Positions 41,101 to 48,481 of a DNA stretch of 64,000 bases are shown here, piece after piece (the stretch's first letter is position 1; each line of letters opens with the position of its first letter). The stretch is from a virus. The DNA is taken from the IMG/VR virus record IMGVR_UViG_3300050343_000163, one strand, 5' to 3'. The notes under the pieces are model-generated. The model was not told the DNA's origin and ran no database searches. It saw nothing but the letters and a program-made list of their open reading frames with translations. The position numbers and the translations under genes were made by a program.

Positions 41101-42389
41101 GTCTGAACAATCTTAGAGTCGGAAGTTTCAAATCCTGGATTTGAGATTTGAATCTTGTCCCCAATAGCAGAATATGGTTGTGCATCAGATGGTTGTAAGT
41201 TGTATACAACACCTAAGGTCAGTAAAACAACGCCAGAACCACTAATGGTTACTGGTTTGTACACTGAAGATCCTACTGCATGTTGAACAGCAGTCTGTGC
41301 CGTCCTTTCGTCAATTGTAAACTGTGTTACGTTCTTATTATCGAAAGTAATCGTCTCTTCACCAATTAATACTGATCCTGTCTTACCCCAACCGATAGTA
41401 GAGAATACATCAATTCTATCCCCCGAACTCGCAGTCCCTGACAGGGTTTTTTCAAGCTTAGTTTTAGTAGATACTTCAAATGCACCATTGACTGTCTCAG
41501 GTGCTAATACAATATTATAAATTACTTCATCATCTGATGTACCATCAGCATACACATTATCTACTGTTGAATCAGCATAACCATATTCTTCAGTAGAAGT
41601 CTGTACAATCTTTTTACCGATCAGATTCTTTACGTCTCCAGATACAACCTTACACTTAAGTGCATAAACGTTGATCCAATCTGCTTCGGACGATTTGTAT
41701 GTAAAATCTCTTGGTTTATATACTTCTGGTTTGTTATCTGCTGTTTTAGCAATAACAGTATTGAAAATAAACTTGATGGAACTTGTAGTTCCTTTAGCTT
41801 TGTAAAACTTCTGAATGTTTTTAATCAGAGTTCTCTTATCTACTTCACCCCTAAGATACTTTTGGGGGAAAGAACCTAGATACTGACTCTCGAAGTTTTT
41901 GACTAATGCATATAAGAAAAGGTTACTAATGTTATGAACCTTTTGTCCAGCATTATGAGATGCAGCAACCGTAGTGGTGAACGTGCTAGACTCATATAAG
42001 TCACCAAGCGATGTATTGCCACTTACGCCTCTAGAACACTCTCTTAACTCAGTGTCTGTTCTAGAACCATAGAAGATGATCTCGTCATCAATTTTTACAA
42101 ATCCGTTTCTTTTTGGAAAACTCGTTGCATTTTCCAATACAATTGTATCAGCACTACTAGAAATAGTAGTGTCCAAGATATTAAACTGTCTAAGAATATT
42201 TTGTTCATAATAATCAATGTCTGCATATTTTTGGATATTATTAATTATATCCAGTGTGCCACCTTGCACCTCCTGTTCTTCATAATACTTCTGAACGAAC
42301 TTACTAAAAAGTTCATATTCATCTGTAATAAAAGAAGGAAGCTGCGTCTCAATGAGAGTAGAAATTCTCTTAGTCTTTACAGCAGGCAT
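32115..42389 (-). CDS. gp7: Baseplate wedge initiator gp7, greatly enlarged (3424 aa)
   Basis: RISTLIETQLPSFI...FVQKYY, LIKNIQKFYKAKGT..SIKFIF and DSSFYQDYSYVVKS...HPAGFKLFG motifs. Lies between gp6 and gp8. Confidence 0.9.
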   Translation of the reverse strand: MPAVKTKRISTLIETQLPSFITDEYELFSKFVQKYYEEQEVQGGTLDIINNIQKYADIDYYEQNILRQFNILDTTISSSADTIVLENATSFPKRNGFVKIDDEIIFYGSRTDTELRECSRGVSGNTSLGDLYESSTFTTTVAASHNAGQKVHNISNLFLYALVKNFESQYLGSFPQKYLRGEVDKRTLIKNIQKFYKAKGTTSSIKFIFNTVIAKTADNKPEVYKPRDFTYKSSEADWINVYALKCKVVSGDVKNLIGKKIVQTSTEEYGYADSTVDNVYADGTSDDEVIYNIVLAPETVNGAFEVSTKTKLEKTLSGTASSGDRIDVFSTIGWGKTGSVLIGEETITFDNKNVTQFTIDERTAQTAVQHAVGSSVYKPVTISGSGVVLLTLGVVYNLQPSDAQPYSAIGDKIQISNPGFETSDSKIVQTGTNQTRWVLSSGTAVDVPTLPSVASSLDQVSTNVSAIFEDEQYYYITSSSYPSHKILDGSTVNETTLDQKLLRIIRKQATRTTETYKTPKRDIGIALNGVPFYGHKDPESIRFGKLEEIKIDTRGTGYSTPPFVLIDQVPSKARAVLAGQVVESIIVDTDDIFPRTPDITITSGRNADVSAVVTGGKVTSLVINNAGEFYSSAPLIRIRDAAGRGRFAEYISIVNTDGIITGFDKIAEGNFYNQATVIVDVIPVGNGASGIPLLKEWNFNRFKKLENELDTEYGYIFANYNNVLEYGYGYNANPKALRVSLSDNINSAGTEPATKTHSPIIGFAYDGNPIYGPFGHQDPLDATSSIVRMTSGYSINGNRSNGPSLTNYPLGTFVNDYTYTHKSGTLDQNNGRFTVTPDFPKGTYAYFITIDSNQVPQYPYILGENFYSLPVDSNYNSNINQDDIPKNSRRFYQAGMQRNGEGVIAQIAEVKQGNVEEVSVVDSSTNFSINSQIYFDNKGTEGSEVESIVNSVKGKNVSYLECKEDRVVKLTTIQSAYLFADDTLNQPSSGASGSIVGTVKNDNIIVLRNVNGTFDETGTFSATIKTFTILLDQRSSYTKGATLSLTDGVNAPVAKGEVLEGTNSQNVVEIKVTEGTWIVNDDYFLQSDDLFNTSGTKVVRLTSLSDGLEPFEVNQSVALIETAQPHGLGIGDKVTIDINPNDVTKTKTYYIRKRLYQEAILVPPSNKSTIDFTGIGRYEILNGGADYTAGTYTSVALTSGSGTGATATFTVSDAGIVSGIQIQDAGSGYAQGDYLSVADEDLVRSGASQSTARFTIYVGHIGIPAGGTKVTVKSSFGFSVNDLVKVGEEILKIEGISGNNLNVTRGQEGTDDVDHFDGQEVELYKAQYNFADNYQIFTGNNSGYIQSYDPVTHKINIVYDYGTLKSTANEVVLSSSFFDSSNPQRLVSLKSVENIVYNFEFSEDNSTFVPNPNIDLQEFYKYKFDTSHSSLIGTYFDISPSNNYNLITEEKIESTILPGNAGAFTDVKFGFGSRLTDNNYQTKRGTDFTNFYYFDKKNVVDSENAFFKIITDPLQGTKILNYVTPNRFVYDINSIPLWDGSGSISYTTTGQFAIGKINTAQIINLGLNYKKVPVIIGVDPTASYRAEATVKFDVATKTITGVEITEKGSNYVNPKVFITNGDGSDAKFNVISRNGEIASITVDKIGKGYTFAPEIIIIEGDVEAYAESTSIGVPKSVNITRNGGAFHLDKTVSSTFSSNYIVAVRNINGNFSIGETVIQKINNVEVFRATVTEWRFSSNLLKLANVQGIIRENISIESLRFPIDAIVSKVFVSTFQENISSFYDNLGYYTSDKGKLGVSNQKIHDSSFYQDYSYVVKSKTSIEEWRDLIKSTTHPAGFKLFGQVDVEATASSEMPVEMPKASHFSVIQLWDPAKNKITVENTSRIVTQTVQTVENQRIRKAVGTAAPSEFLFNEVRTFELSLASAFDGYFDTDGRLQGTTQFQVLVGGNPFTLSSTYGTIITLDGVIQEPGVAYTISGDQITFSTPPLGDGVKFGSDYKGVTFYGKVFQFKDAQYNTRYLKKLRNIFQRGGTWIDAANQIERNVDFIINETIGYGKSTYGSLDWATKQDDYERNIRAILDAYQHDLRFGGNVKTIDYSAIFNSDDEYLYIQNNKTKSIAIFEYATRLAKLAIRNWDWIDVNISYVQGSTTMTVSSTKNLAIGLFVSSGRAFPVGTKILSIDSDTQITLNNAALANSGGGGGAPSGTTLLSGTATTGSIATNTGAVAPGNTFTVPPGVTVTTPVSFSGTTQAAFSWSGQSIGMFYKAGQLIALNRSYIISESLTWAQAQYPALNWGSIATKCGRDIGLILDAYVYHLKFGGNEKIVEAAQLYYQQKDYPYGEELYYISGQLTETISTFEYTRDLAIQAMRNQLPGTDPNVLIDSISPVCAEVESTLNTYHDIVNTILTEGRGLVEKTKQNSNKAGNWTKDLSYSNYNILGDPLLPVEECTIVISAMDSLFDNLDDVIKEESVTRSLPDYIDGENKEFELYWDDNTPVNTEEDEDLFVTINAILQRPKFTDNYPLQDAYWIDRTVIPNKVKFDVAPIWDQDLGAKSIGEPTAVEKVVGIGVGNYKRLTIDFNLVDGIRNGPFLILDVEDYTVQSIESEDSMYVFLDGILQVKGKAYTVSGPNITFASPIKKEHNVDIRYLYGRDVGQVLNIYDFAPDTYFAQGTLSFTTSTPILDNLLAYGWMGDAIGTPIHCWQQRANGTYNVIGELKNPIKTGNNVTFELKCQNPVIESGLDFTFTVKGYYDRTYVIADGDISNQTLTFKKDEANRKLLKDDNGQWSGTFYGKTYKAPFVYLANNDKIRVEGEEGFRNIKRLPTEATSKDGRSGEATTDDIFGTVSIETYTGITRGEGLSVVATIENGSVISLTWNQRSYDPLTQPTAYQYYTPPVLKFESLDGNGGGARANVLVSKGQVISVDLIDGGSGYTTTPKVITTRRFDILKERDIGVSLINIGINPYVESGGLTSTSVISEIDESGLSAITGISSVQVEVAGDAEIVIEREFDLKEVEVFSIGGALDPKRDYIEFFSTEETSADDVKVIDVYAGGTVVSAELQDIITTNSISTVSKAITTTVQVEIPNNAISNTNYFENAAYLNVDLEIGDSIVYIPDTTKFAPNGKLMIGNELVFYNRKINDRFLQVIRGYDNTTEQFWAAGAYLRQIEDIAVVSAAVASIQSESDVSMVSASSTAGGFERRVQRQISPASVMSVTREATEVVITPPPGGVVDKYQETAFLTNPIAQRVGSGVFLVSAADKYYVTQRNGNEQLVRNTLFTTDSGYIGNYAITNVGYTIGHFDGIFDDGMGVSGMTIEEVSRFFGGLTLDDFTKRRKSQYTSAGDKFNLAPPSIQQPVTTTTTVGTIPTSIAALNTAYFDNAGYLFTSSGSVIQYASKTANTFDGCTLIRGSNSISNGDELIPFAIT

Positions 42390-42394
42390 TTACT

Positions 42395-44191
42395 TTACTC
42401 TTTGTATGCAGTGAACGAGGAATTTGCAACGTCAACGTCAAGATAAACCTCACGGAGTGCCTTGATATCATTAGAAAGGGGTTTGACTCTAACGGAAATA
42501 CGATTATCAAAGAAACTACCTTTAATGATAGTTAAGTTGTACATTTTAAGTTCACCTTCTACATAATCAATATCGCCAACTTCCTTGTCGAGGACAACCT
42601 TTTCACCAGTTACGCTATCTAGAGTATATAGGATGATTTTGCTATCCCTATCCTCTACATATACATCCATAGTAGGATACTCAGTAACCCTAAACCCAGT
42701 GGATGACAGGACTGGTTCATCACAGTCCTTATCAAAAGAATTTTGAAAACACACTTCGTAATAGAAGGTGGAATTGAGAGAAGGATAAAAATCCTTTCTC
42801 ATTGTAATATCTGTTAAATTGGAATTGATAGTATTATCAGAATCATCAATAACACCTACCATCTTACTGTATCTAAACTTACCATTGAACTTTTCAGTAT
42901 CACTAGTATCAAGATAAGACTGTACATTACCAATCACTTTGTCTCTAATCTGTGATGTTGTTTGATCAGTAGCAGATCCATTATAATAGATCTTACTATT
43001 CATCTCAACATATAGAATAGAAGGATCAATTATTCTAGGTTCAACAGAAGCTACAACATACTGCTTTAGATCTGCAATAATTTTCTGTTTTGTTAATGAA
43101 GTAAGATAACTTTGATCAGTTGGTTTCAATGCAATGAAAACTTTACCGTACTCAGGTGGAACTTGGTCTTCTCCACCAAAAATAATGATATCACTCGTAG
43201 CAGGATACACTTTACGTACAATTGCCTCATAGTCCTGAGAGGTCACTGCACGGTCTTGTGTGCCGTATGACTTAGGAGCGGTATATTTGATCTTCTGGGT
43301 GCTTTCAATCTCTTCACCGCCTGCAGAGGCAATGCTAGAAGTAATGTTAGTAGTAAACGAGTTGGGAGACACACCGTTAGGGTTCTCTAGTACACCATTG
43401 AAGACAAATGTACTTACGCCATTACTTTCAGAAGCAGATGTGGTGATGTAAGATACTTCAATTCTAGATTGATCTTCTGGTTTCCTACCCAGTACACCAT
43501 CACCCATTAAAAGCTCATATCTTCCATCTTCGATCTCATCAAGGAAGAATACTTTTGAAGTACCATCAACACCTAGAATATTATCTGCTACAAGGTATGG
43601 TTCGTTAAAACTTCCTCCACTCGGGAATACCCTTACTCTAATTGTGTTGGTATCAATGTTTTTATTGTCAAGAACAAATCTTTGAGAATTTGCTGCCGTG
43701 TTAAAAGTAAAATTATCAACTACTTGTGATCCTTCTACGATCTCAATATTAGTAAACGTAGCTACATTGTTAGCAACTTGTGCTTTTACATCGTCAAGTG
43801 TAACATACTGATAGATGTTGTTGTCATAGGTTGAAATAAATCCTGTTCCTTTCTTAAGAATCAGTTCAGTGTCAGTTGTTGATGTTCCATAATTTACATT
43901 AAAAGAGACATATGCAGTAGGAGAGGTAGCACTCTTGGGTCTGTACCCTAGTTGCTTCGCAATCGCTACTACATTGTCCCTCAAGGTGGCAGAATCAATG
44001 AATAGTTCATTGACTACCATATTAGTGTTAAACGCCGTATAGTAGGTGTTATAAGCTAAGACATCAATCAGGTTTGCTAATGCACTACCTTCAAAATCAT
44101 AATCAGTAAATTCTGTCTGACCCTGCAAATATTCTTTCAGGGTTACTTTGATTTCCTCAAAGTCTAAGTTAGCAACCTGTGTATAAGGCAT
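42395..44191 (-). CDS. gp6: Baseplate wedge subunit gp6
   Basis: ANLDFEEIK..LKEYL, FTDYDFEGS, LAYNTYY, KYTAPKSYGTQDRAVTSQDY, PPEYGKVFI. Confidence 0.95.
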   Translation of the reverse strand: MPYTQVANLDFEEIKVTLKEYLQGQTEFTDYDFEGSALANLIDVLAYNTYYTAFNTNMVVNELFIDSATLRDNVVAIAKQLGYRPKSATSPTAYVSFNVNYGTSTTDTELILKKGTGFISTYDNNIYQYVTLDDVKAQVANNVATFTNIEIVEGSQVVDNFTFNTAANSQRFVLDNKNIDTNTIRVRVFPSGGSFNEPYLVADNILGVDGTSKVFFLDEIEDGRYELLMGDGVLGRKPEDQSRIEVSYITTSASESNGVSTFVFNGVLENPNGVSPNSFTTNITSSIASAGGEEIESTQKIKYTAPKSYGTQDRAVTSQDYEAIVRKVYPATSDIIIFGGEDQVPPEYGKVFIALKPTDQSYLTSLTKQKIIADLKQYVVASVEPRIIDPSILYVEMNSKIYYNGSATDQTTSQIRDKVIGNVQSYLDTSDTEKFNGKFRYSKMVGVIDDSDNTINSNLTDITMRKDFYPSLNSTFYYEVCFQNSFDKDCDEPVLSSTGFRVTEYPTMDVYVEDRDSKIILYTLDSVTGEKVVLDKEVGDIDYVEGELKMYNLTIIKGSFFDNRISVRVKPLSNDIKALREVYLDVDVANSSFTAYKE

Positions 44192-44580
44192 TATCGTGTA
44201 CGTGCTAAGAAGAATGTTGCCGCTACTGGTCTGTCATTTCCTATAATAGTGTAATATAATTCAACACTATAACCATCGCTATCCAAATCTGGATAACAAA
44301 TAATGTCTTTGATAGTCACTCTAGGTTCATAACGATCAATACAGTCATTAATCTTAGATTTAATAAGTGCAGCTGTACCAAAATCTAATGGTTCAAACAG
44401 CATCTCTCTTAAATCTGAACCCAATTCAGGTTGAAATAGTCTCTCACCCTTACTTGTTTGAAGCAATACAGCTATCGACTGTGCAATAGCTGCATTATCT
44501 TTCACTGTTACCAAGTCATTGGACACAGGATGCTTCTTAAAAGTAATACTCAGATCTTTAAATGTCTGAAAGGTGGGCAT
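44191..44580 (-). CDS. gp25: Baseplate wedge subunit gp25
   Basis: FKDLSITFKKHP, GERLFQPELGSDL..LFEP, IDRYEPRV. Confidence 0.95.
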   Translation of the reverse strand: MPTFQTFKDLSITFKKHPVSNDLVTVKDNAAIAQSIAVLLQTSKGERLFQPELGSDLREMLFEPLDFGTAALIKSKINDCIDRYEPRVTIKDIICYPDLDSDGYSVELYYTIIGNDRPVAATFFLARTR

Positions 44581-44602
44581 TTAGACACAGCAAGGCTGTT
44601 TC

Positions 44603-44609
44603 TATTTAT
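44603..44609 (-). promoter_or_regulatory. Late promoter ATAAATA upstream of gp25
   Basis: Plus strand tatttat, 23 nt before the ATG. Confidence 0.65.
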
Positions 44610-44782
44610 CACTTACCGACAAATCCATCCGCCCATTCAAGATCATTGTCAAAAATTTCACCCTCTTGGACTTCTTTCCTCTTTCCTGATTTACGCATAT
44701 AGCGATCACTTTCAACTTCAGTAATAAGTGTCATACCAGACTTCGTGAAGTCTTCTGATTTGTCAACTCTACTGTTGCCCAT
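44609..44782 (-). CDS. Small hypothetical protein (57 aa)
   Basis: Start re-placed at ATG 44782 (MGNSRVDKSEDF) because AGGAGG precedes it. Confidence 0.7.
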   Translation of the reverse strand: MGNSRVDKSEDFTKSGMTLITEVESDRYMRKSGKRKEVQEGEIFDNDLEWADGFVGK

Positions 44783-45449
44783 TTTCTGTGGCCTCCTTAC
44801 GTTGTTTTCGTTCATTATTTGTTTCCCAAAAATATTCGTCAGTGTCACCTAAGCGTCCCCAGTCTGTTCCTGACTCAACTTGATATTCTATAGTAGAAAC
44901 CTTAAAGTCAGGGAATGTCGGGTGCTCAGGCGTGATAGAGAGGTCATAGAATCGTGTCCTGTTATTAGGATACAATGCATACTGACCATTCTCTAATGCA
45001 ATACAATTATGCGACTTATGTTCTTGAGGAACTTCACTCACATTATTATCTATCACATCTGGATTCGCATGGTAGTTGTCTAATGTAAACAAATACTGAC
45101 CATTCATCAAACCATGGTCACGAGTGTAGATCTCTGTATCCATAGAGCTAACAAAACCCTTGTTAATACACATGACCCCATAGTCCATACAATTCCAGAA
45201 TTGTAGGTTCTCTAGAGACATATCGGGCGTCGGTGTTTTCGGCGCTCGGAGAAATGCACTTATAGGAAGTTTATCATACATTGCACCATACGCAGGTAGA
45301 TACGTCTCAAAATAAAATGCGCGTCCTGGTATGCTTTTCGCAGATACCCAGACACCTTCTACAAATTCTCCGTGACCATCCTGATGATCGCGTAGATATT
45401 CCTTACGTACCCATACCTTTTCCGCAGGTAAATTACAAATTAAATTCAT
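44769..45449 (-). CDS. Conserved cyanomyovirus hypothetical protein
   Basis: NLPAEKVWVRKEYL...SIPGRAFYFETYLP.YGAMYDKLPISAF. Start ATG 45449 overlaps the upstream stop (ATGA). Confidence 0.8.
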   Translation of the reverse strand: MNLICNLPAEKVWVRKEYLRDHQDGHGEFVEGVWVSAKSIPGRAFYFETYLPAYGAMYDKLPISAFLRAPKTPTPDMSLENLQFWNCMDYGVMCINKGFVSSMDTEIYTRDHGLMNGQYLFTLDNYHANPDVIDNNVSEVPQEHKSHNCIALENGQYALYPNNRTRFYDLSITPEHPTFPDFKVSTIEYQVESGTDWGRLGDTDEYFWETNNERKQRKEATENGQQ

Positions 45450-45970
45450 TTCATATTCCAAGAAAGTACCAGACGTTCTTTGTCACTCTTACAAGGTAAT
45501 GTGTAGTGATGTACAAAGGATGGGAAGAATATTACCGAACCACTTTGTATATCTCTGGGTGAGTATATATCTACCCACCCTATCACATTATTGAAAGGAC
45601 ACACAAACTGAGTCGGTGTATGCTCCTCTGGATCGTATTCGATATACATTACCGCACTAAATCCCGTAGCTCCGTGATTATGCAATAAATGCTGATCACC
45701 TTTACCACCTTTCTCAAACCAATATGCATCAACCTGCAAATCAATCTTGACTTGATCTTTGAACTTCTGTAATTCATCTCTGATTAAAGGTTCAATGACT
45801 TCCCATTTTACCTTAGGTGTTCTGAAGTCACTTGGAACATACTCACCTACATCTTTCTTGAATTCCTGTGCTCTCGATAAATCAAGCAAAGCTTCTTTCT
45901 TACTATCCCAATCCTCCGTATAAAGATGAAAGATTGGGACTGCAAACATTGGTTCGATGTACTCAGACAT
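45446..45970 (-). CDS. 2OG-Fe(II) oxygenase (TIGR02466-like)
   Basis: AYWF...HLLHNHG...FSAVMY...IFFPSFVHHY...RLVLSWN. Confidence 0.85.
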   Translation of the reverse strand: MSEYIEPMFAVPIFHLYTEDWDSKKEALLDLSRAQEFKKDVGEYVPSDFRTPKVKWEVIEPLIRDELQKFKDQVKIDLQVDAYWFEKGGKGDQHLLHNHGATGFSAVMYIEYDPEEHTPTQFVCPFNNVIGWVDIYSPRDIQSGSVIFFPSFVHHYTLPCKSDKERLVLSWNMK

Positions 45971-46116
45971 TACTTGCCTTGACCGCGATACCTCTTCTTT
46001 GCTTTGTTCCTAGATGTTGCTGAATACTTCGTGTGCTTTCCAGTGCCTTGACGACTCCTCTTCGGAATCGCTTCGACAAATGATTGCCCACTTAATGATG
46101 CTTTGATCTTCGCCAT
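45970..46116 (-). CDS. Small basic protein (48 aa), not in the ORF track
   Basis: Own translation: MAKIKASLSGQSFVEAIPKRSRQGTGKHTKYSATSRNKAKKRYRGQGK. It fills the gap exactly and its stop overlaps the next ATG. Confidence 0.75.
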   Translation of the reverse strand: MAKIKASLSGQSFVEAIPKRSRQGTGKHTKYSATSRNKAKKRYRGQGK

Positions 46117-46118
46117 AC

Positions 46119-46493
46119 TTACGTTATAAGATTTGAACCAATTACTATTGTAGGATGTTGGAACGGTCCTGTCAAGGGCCTAGGTGATCCTCCTATCACT
46201 AACTGAGCTTCATCCCCAGTCACCGCAGGTAACCTGCCATTAATAAACACAGTCGTGTTTACAGTTGGTCGTATAACCCTCTGTCCTGGTTGGCATGGTG
46301 CTGGAATTAATGGGTTGATCTTTACACCTGCCACAGGAGCAGGTATAGAGAGGTTATCATAGATTACTAAGGGAACGCCCTTCGCAACAACTTTCGTTGG
46401 GTATGGAGTCCCTCCTAGGGGCGCTGCAGGATATGTACAGTTTCCATCTGTACTCGGTGTGTCAACCGTCTCTGGTCCTGCTATAAATGGCAT
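46119..46493 (-). CDS. PAAR-like spike tip protein (gp5.4-like)
   Basis: Pro/Gly-rich 124 aa with TVFINGRLPAVTGD and PTIVIGS motifs. Confidence 0.7.
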   Translation of the reverse strand: MPFIAGPETVDTPSTDGNCTYPAAPLGGTPYPTKVVAKGVPLVIYDNLSIPAPVAGVKINPLIPAPCQPGQRVIRPTVNTTVFINGRLPAVTGDEAQLVIGGSPRPLTGPFQHPTIVIGSNLIT

Positions 46494-46732
46494 TATACTG
46501 CTCTCGCAACGTTTAGTAAATCTTGCTTGATACCTTCGACATTATTGTGAAGATAATCGAGGGTCTGTCCCACAGTCTCGTAATCCTCACCCGTTGGTCG
46601 CTTGTACATCAACGACGGACTCTCGAGCTGAGATATCCTCTGCTCCAAGCTGTTTAACCTCTCGGACTGCCACAGGCACGTCCTCTCCAATTCGTTCAAC
46701 CTCTCCATTAACTCGTCCTTCATTGTTATCAC
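46493..46732 (-). CDS. Small conserved hypothetical protein
   Basis: Coiled coil plus LMYKRP...YETVGQTLDYLHNNVEGIK. Confidence 0.7.
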   Translation of the reverse strand: MITMKDELMERLNELERTCLWQSERLNSLEQRISQLESPSLMYKRPTGEDYETVGQTLDYLHNNVEGIKQDLLNVARAV

Positions 46733-46835
46733 CTCTCATGAATGAATTGGATGCTCTCGATTCAAACTCGTCGCAGAACTTGTCAAAGTTCTCTAGAATT
46801 TTATCGTAATCACTATAATCGACTTTTTGGGGCAT
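46587..46835 (-). CDS. Small hypothetical protein
   Basis: YDKILENFDKFCDEFESRA. First gene after the ATAAATA at 46877-46883. Overlaps the next gene by 146 nt. Confidence 0.6.
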   Translation of the reverse strand: MPQKVDYSDYDKILENFDKFCDEFESRASNSFMRGDNNEGRVNGEVERIGEDVPVAVREVKQLGAEDISARESVVDVQATNG

Positions 46836-46876
46836 TTTTTTCTGGGGGAAATTTTTATATGCGACCTTTACGAATA

Positions 46877-46883
46877 TATTTAT
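46877..46883 (-). promoter_or_regulatory. Late promoter ATAAATA opening the structural block
   Basis: Plus strand tatttat, downstream of the terminator at 46958-46983. Confidence 0.6.
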
Positions 46884-46957
46884 CGCTCGTCTGGATACTT
46901 TTGTAGGTTAGGAGGGACCCATGGATTTTGGAAACCGCTTGGCGCATATAAGGGCAT

Positions 46958-46983
46958 AAAAAAGGGGGCGCATCACTGCCCCC
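46958..46983 (-). terminator. Rho-independent terminator closing the early region
   Basis: Minus strand GGGGGC-AGTGATGC-GCCCCC-TTTTTT. Confidence 0.8.
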
Positions 46984-47073
46984 CTGTCTGTTATCACACA
47001 TGCCCTAGGTCTTACGGAGGTTCGACTTAAATGCGATTGAACGCAACCCGTGCCCTGCCTAGGGGCATGTGCC

Positions 47074-47319
47074 CTAGAGCTCTGCCAGCATCTCGTCCAT
47101 CTCGTCTGTGTCGATGTCGTCGTGCAACCATGCCACGCCGTCGCCTGTGATGTACTCACCGAACTCATCGATGAATCGCTTCGCCCATGCTCTGTATCCT
47201 AGGTTGCGGTTGATGCGAGCGTGACGGTAGATCGTCTCGTCGTTGCCTATCCATAGGGCGACGTTCCATGTCTCGTATGTCGCCCATCCGTTGTACGTGG
47301 TGTCGGTTGCTGTGGTCAT
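47074..47319 (-). CDS. Early hypothetical protein (YNGW..YETWNVALW family)
   Basis: Widespread phage motif. Has its own TATAAT at 47344-47349. Confidence 0.8.
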   Translation of the reverse strand: MTTATDTTYNGWATYETWNVALWIGNDETIYRHARINRNLGYRAWAKRFIDEFGEYITGDGVAWLHDDIDTDEMDEMLAEL

Positions 47320-47362
47320 GTGTGATGTGTGATTGATGTCTTAATTATAGAGGGTGATGAGG

Positions 47363-47560
47363 TCAGTGTCTGTCGCTGATGTTCCAGTACGTGATCTGTC
47401 CACCGTTGGCAGGTTCTAGTCCTGCTCTTACCCTTTCACGGTGTGTCTGCTCTGCTGCCATCTGTTGGCGGATGTTGTCCATGACCTTCTGCATGAGAGG
47501 GGAGGGGTTCTCATTGTGTAAGAACATGCCGTCTGAAGATTTGGTGAGTTTGTTTGTCAT
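47363..47560 (-). CDS. Early hypothetical protein
   Basis: 65 aa. ATG lies 6 nt after TATAAT (47567-47572). Confidence 0.7.
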   Translation of the reverse strand: MTNKLTKSSDGMFLHNENPSPLMQKVMDNIRQQMAAEQTHRERVRAGLEPANGGQITYWNISDRH

Positions 47561-47591
47561 GTCCTTATTATAGGGGATGATGAGGCGAAGT

Positions 47592-47813
47592 CTATACGAG
47601 GTGGGACAGTTCCTGAGCTGTCACAGCTGCTTCTCCTGCATATACCCTGACCCATTTGATGGGGGTCGTGTTGTTGTTGATGCGGTAGATCATTTGATCG
47701 CCGTCCTGCTGAGCTGCGATTCTGTACGCTGTGTCGATGGTGGCGCAATAGATGCAGCCGTGCTCATCAAAGTTTGCGAATGCTGCTGGCTGAACTGCCC
47801 AAGTTGTTTGCAT
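47592..47813 (-). CDS. Early hypothetical protein
   Basis: 73 aa behind TATAAT at 47837-47842 and a CA-rich leader. Confidence 0.7.
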   Translation of the reverse strand: MQTTWAVQPAAFANFDEHGCIYCATIDTAYRIAAQQDGDQMIYRINNNTTPIKWVRVYAGEAAVTAQELSHLV

Positions 47814-48105
47814 GTGTGTTTCTCTGTGTTGTTCTAATTATAGCGGCTAGACCACGAGCTGCGGTCATAGCAAGTGACAGTTCACGAGCTGGCGCAATCG
47901 ACCCAATAGAGGGAAGATATGGCATAGAATAGTGGCTCATGTCTTTAGAGAGTTGTTTTGCGATGTTGTGCCCAACGAACCCACGGGCTGCATATGGGAC
48001 AGTCACACGGTCAGAACCGCGACGGTAAACAAAGTGATTGCCGCCATGACGTTCTAAGGTCCAACCGTGGACCTTAGCTAGCTTCTTCAGCTGCCTGGTT
48101 GTCAT
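47767..48105 (-). CDS. hicA: HicA-like (dsRBD-fold) mRNA interferase
   Basis: MTTRQLKKLAKVHGWTLERHGGNHFVYRRGSDRVTVP matches the HicA pattern (L...GW...R..GSH..Y......VTVP). The core is about 55 aa and the C-terminal tail runs through the next promoter. Confidence 0.7.
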   Translation of the reverse strand: MTTRQLKKLAKVHGWTLERHGGNHFVYRRGSDRVTVPYAARGFVGHNIAKQLSKDMSHYSMPYLPSIGSIAPARELSLAMTAARGLAAIIRTTQRNTHANNLGSSASSIRKL

Positions 48106-48407
48106 CTGAAGGCATACTCTGTTTGAACTTGTGAGATCAGGACTGCATCCTGCCTGAATGCTTTTTTGTATGCTGCGGCGATCTGCTCAAACTTTGGCAT
48201 CATTGCCTGGACCTCTCTGTCCTCCAGTTCGATATAAAAGATTTTGGTCTTTTCAAATTCACCTTTCCAGAACCCTTCAGCGTCGATGAATGTGCCATAG
48301 TCAAACAAAGGCATGATATCGGACTTGATGAATTCATTCATCATTGCGTCGGATACGGTGCCGCTGTCTGGAATGTTGCGACCCATTGTGATTTCAATTC
48401 TTTTCAT
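48102..48407 (-). CDS. DUF3574-like protein (101 aa)
   Basis: ITMGRNIPDSGTVSD...EFI...IMPLF...FIDAEGFWKG..EKTKI...IAAAYKKAFRQDAVL. Start re-placed at ATG 48407 after promoter 48436-48441. Confidence 0.7.
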   Translation of the reverse strand: MKRIEITMGRNIPDSGTVSDAMMNEFIKSDIMPLFDYGTFIDAEGFWKGEFEKTKIFYIELEDREVQAMMPKFEQIAAAYKKAFRQDAVLISQVQTEYAFR

Positions 48408-48481
48408 GATGTGATGCTGTGTGATGTATGTTCTTATTATAGAGGATGGCGGGTGCTTGTCAGCACCCTCTGTGCCACTAC

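Noticed and set aside
5478-42389. Diversity-generating retroelement, intein, intron or S74 chaperone in the giant genes
   Set aside because: I saw no reverse transcriptase, no near-identical TR/VR pair, no intein splice or LAGLIDADG motifs and no S74 motif. The frames are uninterrupted. A by-eye scan could miss a short TR/VR pair.
206-46000. Numerous plus-strand and alternate-frame ORFs of 60-170 aa within the structural genes
   Set aside because: They are antisense or frame shadows of long, well-supported minus-strand genes, with no RBS or promoter and no protein-like motifs.
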